This document shows, piece after piece, positions 27,688-36,813 of a DNA stretch of 64,000 nucleotides. The number at the start of each line of letters is the position of its first letter. Position 1 is the stretch's first letter. Location: positions 23,353 through 87,352 of the forward strand of contig NZ_DASZBU010000018.1 of assembly GCF_035943815.1 (NCBI RefSeq), read 5' to 3'. This stretch comes from Frateuria sp. GTDB taxonomy: Bacteria; Pseudomonadota; Gammaproteobacteria; Xanthomonadales; Rhodanobacteraceae. A model generated the notes under the pieces. The model ran no database searches and was not told the DNA's origin. It saw only the letters and a program-made list of their open reading frames with translations. Both the position numbers and the translations under genes were made by a program.

Positions 27688-28008
27688 GTTCGTCTCCTTT
27701 TTTGCTGCGCAAGAAGAGGGGGAAGGGGGCTGGTCGGTGCCCGCGCGGAGCGTCCCGTGTCGCGTCCGCCGTCGCAGGCGGCGCGCAAGCCGAGCCTCGC
27801 CCGGTATCGGGGAGACTCGCCCGCGGGCAGGTGTGGCTTGTTGATCCAGGTCAACCTGGCGACGCGAAGCGTCATTCCGCGCACCGCTCTCACGCGACGA
27901 GGCCATCCGCCGGCCTCCATGCAGCGCGTCGTCCGGCATGACCTTCGGGGTTCCACGAAATGCCCGGCCGCATGCAAAGATCGCATTCCCTACGTCCCGG
28001 GAACCTCC

Positions 28009-30060
28009 ATGACTCCTTTAGCGATCACCCTCCGTAACTCGCTGCTGTCCGTCGCGCTGGCCAGCGCCTGCGCCGGCGCCTTCGCCGCGGACGCCATGCC
28101 CAAGCAGGATTTCCTCGCGGCGCACATCGACAGCTCGGTCGATCCGGGCGTGGATTTCTTCCAGTACGCCAACGGCGCCTGGCTGAAGGCGCATCCGATC
28201 CCGACGTCCGAGGCAGCCTGGGGTATCGGCAACGAGGTGGACGACGAGCTGTATGCGCGGCTGCGCGGCATCAGCGAGGCGGCGGCCGGACAGAAGGCCG
28301 CGCCGGGCAGCGACCAGCAGAAGATCGGCGACTTCTGGGCCACCGCCATGGACGTGGCGAAGGCCGATCGGCTGGGCACGCGGCCGCTGCACGCCGAGCT
28401 GGCCCGCATCGACGCCATCGCCTCGCCCGCGGGCGTGCTCGACACGGTGTTCGCGTTCAAGCCGATCGGCGTCGGCGCGTTGTTCCGCATCGGCATCGGC
28501 CAGGACGACAAGGACAGCGCCACGATGGCGGTGCAGATCCGCCAGGGCGGCCTGGGCCTGCCCAATCGCGACTTCTACTTCAACCCGGAAGCGGGCGTGG
28601 CCAAGGTCCGCGGCGCGTACGTCCAGCACATGGCGCGCACCTTCGCGCTGCTCGGCCGCGACCCGGCCGCCGCCAAGGCCGCGGCCGCGAAGGTGATGGC
28701 GTTCGAAACGGCGCTGGCCAAGGCCTCGCGCAAGCTCGAGGAGCTGCGTGATCCGGAGAAGAACTACAACAAGATGACGCCGGCGGACTTCACCGCCAAG
28801 TACACGCCGTCCATCGACTGGAGCGCGCGGCTGGCCGCCTGGGGCATCCGACCCTCCTACGTGGTCGTCGGCCAGCCGGAGTTCTTCGCGGCCGAGGACC
28901 GCCTGCTTCGCGGGACGCCGCTGCCGGTGCTCAAGGACTACCTGCGCTATCACCTGGTCGACGACTACGCACCGTTCCTTTCCACCGCGCTGGACGGGGA
29001 GCACTTCGATTTCCACGGCCGCGCGATGTCCGGCCAGCAGGAGCAGCGCCCGCGCTGGAAGCGCGCGCTGGACGAGGAAAACGACGCCATGGGTATGGTG
29101 CTCGGGCGCATCTTCGTCAGGCAGTATTTCCCGCAGGCGTCCAAGCAGCGCTACCAGGCGATGGTCGAGGCGGTGCGCGGCACCTTCCACGACCGCATCG
29201 AGCGGCTGGACTGGATGGGCGCCGACACCAAGGCCAAGGCGCTGGCCAAGCTCGCCGCGGTCACGCCCAAGGTCGGCTATCCGGACAAGTGGAAGGACTA
29301 TTCGGCACTCGAGGTCGGGCGCGAGTCCTATGCGGCGAACGTGATGTCGGCGCGCCGCTGGGAGTTCCAGGACAACCTGTCCAAGTTCGGCAAGCCGGTC
29401 GACCGCACCGAATGGGACATGACCCCGCAGACCTACAACGCCTACTACAACCCGTCCAACAACGAGATCGTGCTGCCGGCGGCGATCTTCATGGTGCCTG
29501 GCGTGCCCGACGATCAGGTGGACGATGCGGTCGCCTACGGCTACGTGGCGGCCAGCACGATCGGCCACGAGATCACCCATGGCTTCGACGACGAGGGCCG
29601 CCAGTACGACGCGCAGGGCAACCTGTCCGCCTGGTGGTCGGCGCAGGACGCCGCCCGCTTCAACGCCGCCGCGCAGGTGATGGTCAAGCAGTTCGATGCC
29701 TACGAGCCGCTGCCGGGCCTGCACATCAACGGCAAGGCCAGCCTGGGCGAGAACATCGCCGACTACGGCGGCGTGCTGCCCGGCCTGGAGGCGTTCGAGA
29801 AGACCGCGCAGTTCAAGGAAGGCAAGGCGATCGGCGGGCTGACCCCGACCCAGCGTTACTTCCTCGGCTACGCGCTGGGCTGGATGAGCCAGCAGCGCCA
29901 GCAGCAGCTGCGCCAGCGCCTGCTGTCGGACGTGCATGCGCCGGCCAAGTGGCGCGTGCTCGGCCCCATGTCGAACATCCCCGCGTTCTACGAGGCGTTC
30001 GGTGTCAAGCCCGGCCAGCCGATGTGGCGCGCGCCGCAGGATCGGGTGCGAATCTGGTAG
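28009..30060 (+). CDS. M13-family zinc metallopeptidase (PepO/endothelin-converting-enzyme-like)
   Basis: Frame of ORF 26662..30060, trimmed to the ATG at 28009, with a signal peptide. Motifs are NAYYNPSNNEIVLPAAI, HEITHGFDDEG, GENIADYGG and a final W. Confidence 0.9.
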   Translation: MTPLAITLRNSLLSVALASACAGAFAADAMPKQDFLAAHIDSSVDPGVDFFQYANGAWLKAHPIPTSEAAWGIGNEVDDELYARLRGISEAAAGQKAAPGSDQQKIGDFWATAMDVAKADRLGTRPLHAELARIDAIASPAGVLDTVFAFKPIGVGALFRIGIGQDDKDSATMAVQIRQGGLGLPNRDFYFNPEAGVAKVRGAYVQHMARTFALLGRDPAAAKAAAAKVMAFETALAKASRKLEELRDPEKNYNKMTPADFTAKYTPSIDWSARLAAWGIRPSYVVVGQPEFFAAEDRLLRGTPLPVLKDYLRYHLVDDYAPFLSTALDGEHFDFHGRAMSGQQEQRPRWKRALDEENDAMGMVLGRIFVRQYFPQASKQRYQAMVEAVRGTFHDRIERLDWMGADTKAKALAKLAAVTPKVGYPDKWKDYSALEVGRESYAANVMSARRWEFQDNLSKFGKPVDRTEWDMTPQTYNAYYNPSNNEIVLPAAIFMVPGVPDDQVDDAVAYGYVAASTIGHEITHGFDDEGRQYDAQGNLSAWWSAQDAARFNAAAQVMVKQFDAYEPLPGLHINGKASLGENIADYGGVLPGLEAFEKTAQFKEGKAIGGLTPTQRYFLGYALGWMSQQRQQQLRQRLLSDVHAPAKWRVLGPMSNIPAFYEAFGVKPGQPMWRAPQDRVRIW

Positions 30061-30397
30061 GGCGAGAGCGGCCGGGGTCCGCGCGTAAAGCGCGTACTGC
30101 GGCCCGGGCACACCGTTCAAGGCGAGGCAGGCCAGCGCCAGACTGCAAGTGACGACCTCGCCGTGGTTTCCGTCGCTGTCGCTCAGCGCCAGTCGTCCCA
30201 ACTGCCTGCGTCGGCGCCGGCCATCCCGATGCGGCCACCGCGATAGACCTGCGGCTTGAAGAACGCGAGGCCGTGGATCGCCAACGTCCGGAAAGAGGAG
30301 TCAGCGTGATGGGCATCGCGCCGCAGTGCCGCAAGCGGCTGGGATGGCTAGCGGAGCTCCCGGTACGGATGTCCAAGGGGATCGAGGCCGACCTCGG

Positions 30398-30424
30398 GGG
30401 CGCGCAATCCGGGATTGCGCGCCC
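30398..30424. other. Perfect 13+13 palindrome gggcgcgcaatcc-g-ggattgcgcgccc
   Basis: Read directly. It lies just downstream of the SH3-protein gene 3' end, between convergent genes. There is no U-tract, so it is not a classical terminator. Confidence 0.6.
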
Positions 30425-30445
30425 GTTGGTCAGGCGCGTCCCGGG

Positions 30446-31213
30446 CTAGTGCTGATCGTCCCTGTCATGGTCCGACGGCGGGTGGTCGTCGCCGTGGTGC
30501 GCGTCCGTGCGGTGGCCTGCTGGCGCGTGGTCGCCGGGCGGGCGGCCGGCGGGCACGTCGCGCGGCTCCACGGTCGGAGTCGTTGCGGGCGACCGCTGCA
30601 ACTGCTGCTCCGGCTCGTGCGGCGGCAGGTGCCGGTCGTCGGGCACATGGGGCGGCGCACGGTCCGGCATCGGCTCGGCCCGGCGGTAGGGCACGGGGGC
30701 GGCGTGCCTGTCGTCGCGGTCGTGGTAGTCGCGGTCGTGGTCGCCGCGGTTGTCCTCCCTGCGCTGCGGGTGCGACCAGGGCTGGCGCGAAGGCGGCGGC
30801 GGCGCGTGGTGCGGCGGCGGATTGTGATACCAGCGCTCGCGTTCGCGGTAGAACGGCCGGTCGACGTAGTAGCGGTCCCAGTACGTCACGATGGAGAACG
30901 AAACGATCGGGATGCCGAGACGCTCGCCGTACGCGGGAACCAGCACCGGCTGGTTGTCATACTCGTCCTGGATGAAGTTGCCGGCCACCCAGCCGCGCTC
31001 GCCGTCGAACACCACGTCGCACCATTCCCAGCCGTCCGTGCAACCCTCGATGCCGATGGGCGCACCCGCCGGAATCATGTCCACCGCCGGATAGTCGATG
31101 TCCGGCCCGGCGCGCAGCGTGGCGTCGCCGGTCACGTAGCCGTCCGCGGCCATGGACTGCACCGGAACGCCCACCAGCAGCGCCAGTGCGCCGTACCAGG
31201 CAAATCGCTTCAT
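30446..31213 (-). CDS. Secreted SH3-domain protein with His/Asp/Arg/Pro-rich low-complexity tail
   Basis: Signal peptide MKRFAWYGALALLVGVPVQSMA. Bacterial SH3-like segment LRAGPDIDYPAVDMIPAGAPIGIEGCTDGWEWCDVVFDGERGWVAGNF. The tail contains HDRDYHDRDDRH...HHGDDHPPSDHDRDDQH. Confidence 0.7.
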   Translation of the reverse strand: MKRFAWYGALALLVGVPVQSMAADGYVTGDATLRAGPDIDYPAVDMIPAGAPIGIEGCTDGWEWCDVVFDGERGWVAGNFIQDEYDNQPVLVPAYGERLGIPIVSFSIVTYWDRYYVDRPFYRERERWYHNPPPHHAPPPPSRQPWSHPQRREDNRGDHDRDYHDRDDRHAAPVPYRRAEPMPDRAPPHVPDDRHLPPHEPEQQLQRSPATTPTVEPRDVPAGRPPGDHAPAGHRTDAHHGDDHPPSDHDRDDQH

Positions 31214-31487
31214 GGTTGCTCTCCTTATCGCAGGTTGGCCGCCCCTGGCCGGCCCGGCCAGCCTGTCCCGGCCAAACGGCGGCGCAAGCGCGCAGGCCGC
31301 GAGGGTTTATCCCTCATCCAGCGTGGTGGGGCGGGGGTGACGAAAACCCCAAATCCGGGTCAACCGGGCACGGCAAAAACGGCCGCTCCTGGTCGATGTA
31401 CTGGGTTTTCGGCCACAGGCCCTTACGGGCCCGAGGTGGCCCTCTCAAAAGCGGCAGGGCGCCGAACGGGTCAGACCCCGGCCTCGC

Positions 31488-32345
31488 TCAGCCTTCGGCC
31501 AACGCCGCTTCGCGCCCCTGCTGGCGGATGGCCGCTTCCTCGCGGGCATCGATGATGGACTGCATCACGCTGTCGACGTCGACGATGCCTTCGTCGAACG
31601 CGAAGCGCCCGGTCAGTTCGCTCTCCGGCTGCAGCTCACCTTGTTCGAACAGCGCCCACATTTCCTCGGCGTAATACGTATCGAGGAGTTCCGGGGCGAA
31701 GCGCGAGAGGTTGATGGTGATGTTGCTCACGTCGCGCCGCAGCATGGTGCGGGCGGCGTTGTTGCCGGAGGCGCTGACCACTTGGGGCAGGTCGATGATC
31801 ACCGGGCCGTCGGGCGCCACCAGGACGTTGTACGGGGAGAGGTCGCCATGGATGATGCCGACGCAAAGCATGCGCACGATCTGGCGGATCAGGATGCCGT
31901 GGTATTCGCGGGCGAGGTCGGCGGACAGCTCCACCTCGCCCAGCCGCGGGGCCGAGTGGCCGTGGGCGTCGGTGATCAGCTCCATCACCAGCACGCCGTT
32001 GAAGTAGCCGTGAGGCTGCGGCACGCGCACGCCGGCGCCGGCGAGCAGATACAGCGCGTCGACCTCGGCATTCTTCCAGGCCGCTTCGGCCTCCTTGCGG
32101 CCGAACTTGCTGGCCTTGCCGATCGCCCGCGCCTGCCGGCTGCCGCGCACCTTGCGACCTTCCTGGTATTGCACGCGCTGCTGGAAACTGCGCTGGGCCA
32201 TGTCCTTGTAGACCTTGGCGCAGCGCACGTCCTCGCCGGAGCGAACGATGTAGACGGAGGCCTCCTTGCCGCTCTTGAGCGGACGCAGGACCTCGTCGAT
32301 GACGCCGTCGTCGATGAGTTCGAGCAAGCCGGTGGGGGTTTTCAT
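31488..32345 (-). CDS. RIO1-like atypical protein kinase
   Basis: VLRPLKSGKEASVYIV, CAKVYK, GVLVMELI, IIHGDLSPYNVLV and VIIDLPQVV match RIO-type kinase motifs. Confidence 0.8.
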   Translation of the reverse strand: MKTPTGLLELIDDGVIDEVLRPLKSGKEASVYIVRSGEDVRCAKVYKDMAQRSFQQRVQYQEGRKVRGSRQARAIGKASKFGRKEAEAAWKNAEVDALYLLAGAGVRVPQPHGYFNGVLVMELITDAHGHSAPRLGEVELSADLAREYHGILIRQIVRMLCVGIIHGDLSPYNVLVAPDGPVIIDLPQVVSASGNNAARTMLRRDVSNITINLSRFAPELLDTYYAEEMWALFEQGELQPESELTGRFAFDEGIVDVDSVMQSIIDAREEAAIRQQGREAALAEG

Positions 32346-32688
32346 AAGCAGGTTGGGGCTAAGGGAAGCGTCGATTATGACGGGTTCGGTACGCCTGCCG
32401 GGCAGTCGTCTGCCTGGACGGCGTCGGGTGCCGCGCCTGCTCCGCCGAAGCCATGGGAGGGGCGAGGGTGTAGGATGCGTCGATCTGCGGCCTGTGTGCG
32501 CTGTCCCTGGTCGCCCGACGTCGGAAGCGCCGCCAGGCGATTCCGTTCGCTACGACACTTCTCGCCGCTCCGCTCGCTTGCCCGCATCGCTTGTGTCGGC
32601 GGCCACTTCGAGCGTATGCCGCCCGCAGCACGAGCATCGCCGCACGGCGGTGGCTACTTACGACTTAGCTCCCCAGAGGACTTCCCGA

Positions 32689-32832
32689 TTGGCCAAGATC
32701 AACTATGCATTCGAAAAACGTCAGCGCGAGATCGCCAAGAAGAAACAGCAGGACGAGAAACAATCCAAGAAGCGCACCGTAAGCGAGGGCGACAAGCCGG
32801 CCGATCCACCGCGCGATCCGCCGCGCCGTTGA
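32689..32832 (+). CDS. Small basic protein (47 aa)
   Basis: The TTG at 32689 has GAGGA 8 nt upstream. (M)AKINYAFEKRQREIAKKKQQDEKQSKKR... resembles a conserved small Lys/Arg-rich protein. It ends before a bidirectional terminator. Confidence 0.45.
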   Translation: MAKINYAFEKRQREIAKKKQQDEKQSKKRTVSEGDKPADPPRDPPRR

Positions 32833-32872
32833 CCGCGGCCGCTCGATAGCATCGGCGGCGCACCAAAAAGAA

Positions 32873-32895
32873 AAGCCCGGCACCGGGCCGGGCTT
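32873..32895. terminator. Bidirectional rho-independent terminator
   Basis: Stem aagcccgg/ccgggctt with a 7-nt loop, an A-run on the 5' side and a T-run on the 3' side. It lies between the convergent small ORF and cspA. Confidence 0.75.
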
Positions 32896-32918
32896 TTCCT
32901 GGAACGTGCGGCCGTCGC

Positions 32919-33128
32919 TTAGAGCGGCTGCACCTGGTCGGCCTGCAGGCCCTTCGGGCCCTTGGTCACGATGAAGGACACCTTCTGGCCTTCCTGCAGG
33001 CTCTTGAAGCCGGAGGCGGTGATCGCACGGAAGTGGACGAACACGTCATCGCCGCTGGCGCGGCTGATGAAGCCGAAGCCCTTGGCATCGTTGAACCACT
33101 TGACGGTACCGGTTTCGGTCTGGGACAT
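32919..33128 (-). CDS. cspA: Cold-shock protein CspA family
   Basis: 69 aa. [15 protein letters not shown] (RNP1) and DVFVHF (RNP2). GGAGA SD. Confidence 0.95.
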   Translation of the reverse strand: MSQTETGTVKWFNDAKGFGFISRASGDDVFVHFRAITASGFKSLQEGQKVSFIVTKGPKGLQADQVQPL

Positions 33129-33412
33129 CGTTGTATCTCCTTGGAACGGGTGAAGGCCGCGTGGCGCGGCAGGAGCTGGTCGCAAGGAGGAAACGGGTAC
33201 AACGGTGTAGTGGAACTGCGTTCTACAGCATCGGGCCACAGTTCGGTGACCCCTGAAACTCAGCGCGGCCACATTAATGGCTGTCGCGCCGCGAAGCAAA
33301 TGTTTTCGAGCGCCAGCATTCAGCCTGGTGCGGTTTCAGCCTCGGGACGAGCTGCCGGCAGCCATGCCGAGGGGCGCCGAAGCGCCCCCCGTTTCGCACT
33401 GCATTGGAAGGG

Positions 33413-33616
33413 TCAGTCGTTCTTGTGGCTCTGCTCACCGGCTTTCACATGCTGCTCGTGGCTGCCCCCTTGGCTGCCGCGGTTGCCGGAAGAGCTTCCG
33501 CCGGCCGACTTCGACTTGTCGTCGTTCTTGTGGCTCTGCTCGCCTGCCTTGACGTGCTGCTCGTGAGAGCCGCCACGCTCGTGCGAGCCGCCACGGTTGT
33601 CGTTGCTATTGGGCAT
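33413..33616 (-). CDS. Small stress-type protein with internal duplication GGSHEQHVKAGEQSHKND (KGG-repeat-like)
   Basis: 67 aa and Gly/Ser/His/Lys-rich. The 18-aa unit occurs twice and is also visible as a DNA direct repeat. GGAGA SD. Confidence 0.6.
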   Translation of the reverse strand: MPNSNDNRGGSHERGGSHEQHVKAGEQSHKNDDKSKSAGGSSSGNRGSQGGSHEQHVKAGEQSHKND

Positions 33617-33784
33617 TTCCGATCTCCGATCTGAAGAAAAACGACGCGGTGGTTACCGCGCCGGGATCACCATCCGACAACCGGCCTTACGCTGGAGTGA
33701 GGATGAAGTCACGAGCGCCAGCATGTTTGGCGAGGGTCGCCGACGTCGTACAGTCGAGTCCGCAGGATGCGCGTGGAAGCGGAG

Positions 33785-34666
33785 CTATTCGCCGCGCACC
33801 GGACTGCCAACGCCTTCGCTACGGCGGTCGCGCTTGGCTTCGTACATCGCTCGGTCCGCGCGTGCCAGGAGCGTGTCCGGGTCGCTCCCGCCGTCCGGGA
33901 AGCAGGCGATGCCTATGCTGGCATCGAGATGGAACGTGCCCTCCGGCAGGTCGAACGGCAGCCTGAGGCAGGCGCGCAGACCTTCGGCCACGGTGCCGGC
34001 GGCCTGCACGTCGCCGCAGCCGGGAAGCAGGGCGACGAACTCATCGCCGCCGATGCGGGCCATCAGGTCGTCCTGGCGCAGGCCCTTGTGCAGGCGCCGC
34101 CCGGCTTCGCGCAACAGGCGGTCGCCCACGTCGTGTCCGTATCGGTCGTTGATGCGCTTGAACCCGTCCAGGTCCAGGTAGAGCACGGCCAGGCCGTTCT
34201 CCGTCCGGGATGCGTGCTCGAGGGCGTACTGCAGTTCGTGCTGCAGCCGGTGGCGGTTGGGCAGCCCGGTGAGCGGATCGTGGGTGGCGCGGTGCTCGAG
34301 TTCGCGCTCGGCGCGGCGCAGCTCGGTCACCTCGTGCGCCACGCCGAGGCGCACGCCGTATTCGGGCAGCCAGCGGGCCGACCACTGGATGTCCACACTG
34401 TGGCCATCCTTGTGGATGTAGCGATTGCGGAAGTTGAGCTGCGGCACCCCGTTCATGACCTTTTCGGCCTGTTGCATGGTCGTCGCGCGGTCGTCGGGGT
34501 GGACTAGCCGGAAGATCGGCTGCCCGATCACCTCCACGGGCGCGTAGCCCAGGATGCGTCCGAAACCCGCGCTGACGAAGAGCACCTGACCCTGGGCGTC
34601 GACGACGCAGACCGCGTCGGGCATCAGGTCCAGCAACTCGGCGGGCGTGGGGAGCTTTGGGATCAT
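33785..34666 (-). CDS. PAS-GGDEF diguanylate cyclase
   Basis: PAS segment LMPDAVCVVDAQGQVLFVSAGF...; GGDEF motif in RIGGDEFVALL. The start is the ATG at 34666; an alternative in-frame TTG at 34786 lies 12 nt past the upstream gene's stop. Confidence 0.85.
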   Translation of the reverse strand: MIPKLPTPAELLDLMPDAVCVVDAQGQVLFVSAGFGRILGYAPVEVIGQPIFRLVHPDDRATTMQQAEKVMNGVPQLNFRNRYIHKDGHSVDIQWSARWLPEYGVRLGVAHEVTELRRAERELEHRATHDPLTGLPNRHRLQHELQYALEHASRTENGLAVLYLDLDGFKRINDRYGHDVGDRLLREAGRRLHKGLRQDDLMARIGGDEFVALLPGCGDVQAAGTVAEGLRACLRLPFDLPEGTFHLDASIGIACFPDGGSDPDTLLARADRAMYEAKRDRRSEGVGSPVRGE

Positions 34667-34798
34667 GAAGGTCAGGGTTCGCGTTTGCAGGCGCAAGGCT
34701 ATCGGTCCCAAGCCAAGCAAGAAAGAGGCCAGCAACTGGCGAGGAACGACGACCCAACGTTGACGCGCATGTGGCCCGCTGCGCAAGGCTCATCCACG

Positions 34799-36472
34799 CT
34801 ACATCGGCCCGCGCTCGACCTGGCGCTCGCGCTGCATCAGCGTCCATTCGGCGTGTTCGGTCAGCGCCGCGTGGCCGAGCGCGCGCAGGATGGCGCGCTG
34901 TTCCGCGGAATTGGCCGCACGGTCCAACGCGGTGCGCGCGGCACCGAAGATGCGTTCCATGAAGCGATACTGCTTGAGCAGCACCTTGTCCGCCTTGCGG
35001 TAGGCATAGGCCTCGCGCACCGCGGCGATGATGGAGAGGATGCCCATCAGCGCCACCAGCGAGCCCTTGATCTGCTCGTCCAGGCGCAGCGCGAAGATCG
35101 CCAGCAGCACGCTGATCGAGACGCCGCCCCACAGGCTCAGCGCGCCCAGGGCTTCGGTGACGCGGTGCAGGCCGGCGCACTCGATGCTCTTGCGCTCGTA
35201 GTAATGCAGCTGGCCGGACCGGCCGGAGCGGCCCACCCATTCGTCGATGACGCAGGCCAGCGCCGCCGCATCGGCCGCGGGCGCGTGGCTGGGAGGCAGG
35301 CCGGCCGCGCGCATGACGTTGCGGATCCAGCCCAGTTCCACGTTCTGCTTCTGCAGGAAATCGTCGTGTGCGAAGGCGTAGTCCCGCGTCAGCGAGATGC
35401 CGGCCCGGCGCCAGTAGGACTGGATGCGCAGGCCTTCGGCCAATGCGCGGTAGTCCAGGTACTTGCGGTGCCAGCCGCGCCGGTTGGCCACGGCGGCGAC
35501 CGCCATGCCCAGCGCGAACAGCACCAGGAACAGATAGATCAGGCCGTTCTGCGCGCGGAAGTGCGCGTAGCAGGTGAAGGCGGCGCCCATCAGCGCCGCC
35601 AGGGTGTAGATGGTGCGCATCGACAACAGCACGCGGCGCTGGTAGTGCACCGCCAGCCAGTCGGCCTCGCGGAAGGTGCGGTCGATGCCCATGTCGGCGG
35701 CGGCATCGCCGGCAGGTGCGGGCGCCGTTCCGATCGCGGCCGCGTGCGCCTTGCAGTCGGCGTTGAACTCGGCCATGTGCTCGAACATCAGCCGGAACAG
35801 CGCCGGCATGGCCGGTTCGGGCGCGTCGGCCGCCGCATGGCACCAGTGCGCCGTCACCGGCGGGCGCTGGCCTTCCGGCACGTCGGCGCGGGCGCAGCGG
35901 ATGTGGAACAGCAGCCGCTCGTCGCCCGCGCCGAGGATGTGGCGCGGGTCGCGCTCCTGGCCAGGCGGCCCGGGCAGGGTGCCGGTAAGGTGGTAGCGCA
36001 CGATCTGCGCGGTGCCGCCGATCCGGTCGGAGGGCTGCTCGTCCCAGATCGCCAGCAGGATGTGGCAATGGCTGGCGATGTACACCCCGGCCTGTGCGTA
36101 CTGCCGGTCGCGCGCGTCGCCGGGGTTGCTGATCTCGTGGCGCGTGTGGCCCTGCCGGGTCGGCAGCACGATCGTCTCGGCCCGCGCGCACAGCGCCTCG
36201 AAGGCCTCGCGCGAGGCGGCACCGGCGAAGTCCTCCTCGTACAGCGCGGGCGGCAGCGGAAGCGGCGCGATGAGCCGCGCGCCGACCCGCAGCCCCTCCT
36301 CGGCGACCAGGCGGTCACCGCCTTCGGCCAGTGCGGAGAGCACGACCAGCGGCAGGCCCGGGAAGGCCTGCTGCAGTTCACCAAGGAACGTGCGCACGCG
36401 CAGGCGGATGGTCTCCGTGTCCCCGGGTGGCAGGTCGCGATGGCTGGTCACGCCGATCACCAGAGGCGTCAT
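34799..36472 (-). CDS. SLOG-like Rossmann domain fused to two 2-TM (SLATT-like) modules; putative signal-gated membrane effector
   Basis: 557 aa; the ATG at 36472 has GGGAG upstream. N-terminal beta-alpha pattern: VIGVTSHRDL, VVLSALAEGGDRLVAEE, ARLIAPLPLP, ILLAIWDEQPSDRIGGTAQIV. Then TM pairs TIYTLAALMGAAFTCYAHF/LIYLFLVLFALGMAVAAVA and ALSLWGGVSISVLLAIFAL/LVALMGILSIIAAV. Each pair is followed by a basic amphipathic segment (WHRKYLDYRALAEGLRIQSYW; YRKADKVLLKQYRFMERIF). The domain names are inferred. Confidence 0.6.
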   Translation of the reverse strand: MTPLVIGVTSHRDLPPGDTETIRLRVRTFLGELQQAFPGLPLVVLSALAEGGDRLVAEEGLRVGARLIAPLPLPPALYEEDFAGAASREAFEALCARAETIVLPTRQGHTRHEISNPGDARDRQYAQAGVYIASHCHILLAIWDEQPSDRIGGTAQIVRYHLTGTLPGPPGQERDPRHILGAGDERLLFHIRCARADVPEGQRPPVTAHWCHAAADAPEPAMPALFRLMFEHMAEFNADCKAHAAAIGTAPAPAGDAAADMGIDRTFREADWLAVHYQRRVLLSMRTIYTLAALMGAAFTCYAHFRAQNGLIYLFLVLFALGMAVAAVANRRGWHRKYLDYRALAEGLRIQSYWRRAGISLTRDYAFAHDDFLQKQNVELGWIRNVMRAAGLPPSHAPAADAAALACVIDEWVGRSGRSGQLHYYERKSIECAGLHRVTEALGALSLWGGVSISVLLAIFALRLDEQIKGSLVALMGILSIIAAVREAYAYRKADKVLLKQYRFMERIFGAARTALDRAANSAEQRAILRALGHAALTEHAEWTLMQRERQVERGPM

Positions 36473-36522
36473 GGAAGCTCCCGGCTCCAGGATGCGCCGC
36501 GCTGGCCGGCGCGTGCCCGCGG

Positions 36523-36550
36523 CCCCGCGCCGCTTGCCGGCGGCGCGGGG
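36523..36550 (-). promoter_or_regulatory. 10-bp GC stem-loop immediately downstream of small ORF B
   Basis: ccccgcgccg / cggcgcgggg with an 8-nt loop and no U-tract. It sits between small ORF B and the SLOG-like gene. Confidence 0.6.
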
Positions 36551-36574
36551 CGAGGGTGCTCAGTTGTTCTTGAT
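36550..36574 (-). repeat. Direct repeat copy B (3' end of small ORF B plus 9 nt past its stop)
   Basis: gcgagggtgctcagttgttcttgat is 24/25 identical to 36789..36813. On the minus strand it encodes ...IKNN*, followed by CACCCTCGC. Confidence 0.85.
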
Positions 36575-36706
36575 CGATGGGTGGGTGGTGGTGTCGGGCG
36601 TCAGCGTGCCGGAGAACTGGGGTTCGGCAAGCGGGGCCTGCTCGTCGGATGGCGAGTCGGGGGTGAGCTCCGGCGTGGGAGCCTGGGGTTCGCGTGGCTG
36701 GGACAT
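36560..36706 (-). CDS. Small ORF B, 48 aa, acidic/Pro-rich, C-terminal tail ...TTTHPSIKNN
   Basis: The ATG at 36706 has GGAGG 5 nt upstream. It shares its C-terminal tail and 3' flank with small ORF A. I recognise no homology. Confidence 0.5.
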   Translation of the reverse strand: MSQPREPQAPTPELTPDSPSDEQAPLAEPQFSGTLTPDTTTHPSIKNN

Positions 36707-36760
36707 GATTGCCTCCGCTGGGCGGGCGGCCGGGGACGGCCGCGGCTTGCGTGTACGTCG

Positions 36761-36777
36761 CGGGCCGTTACGGCCCG
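36761..36777 (-). promoter_or_regulatory. 7-bp stem-loop cgggccg-tta-cggcccg immediately downstream of small ORF A
   Basis: Perfect inverted repeat read directly, with no U-tract. Confidence 0.55.
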
Positions 36778-36788
36778 GTGACGCGGGC

Positions 36789-36813
36789 GCGAGGGTGGTC
36801 AGTTGTTCTTGAT
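36789..36813 (-). repeat. Direct repeat copy A (3' end of small ORF A plus 9 nt past its stop)
   Basis: gcgagggtggtcagttgttcttgat is 24/25 identical to 36550..36574. Confidence 0.85.

Noticed and set aside
30100-30330. A short minus-strand frame reads ...TLAIHGLAFFKPQVYRGGRIGMAGADAGSWDDWR* between the M13 peptidase and SH3 genes. It looks protein-like.
   Set aside because: It has no start codon, is bounded by an upstream stop after ~50 codons, and belongs to no family I recognise. It may be a gene remnant but cannot be supported.
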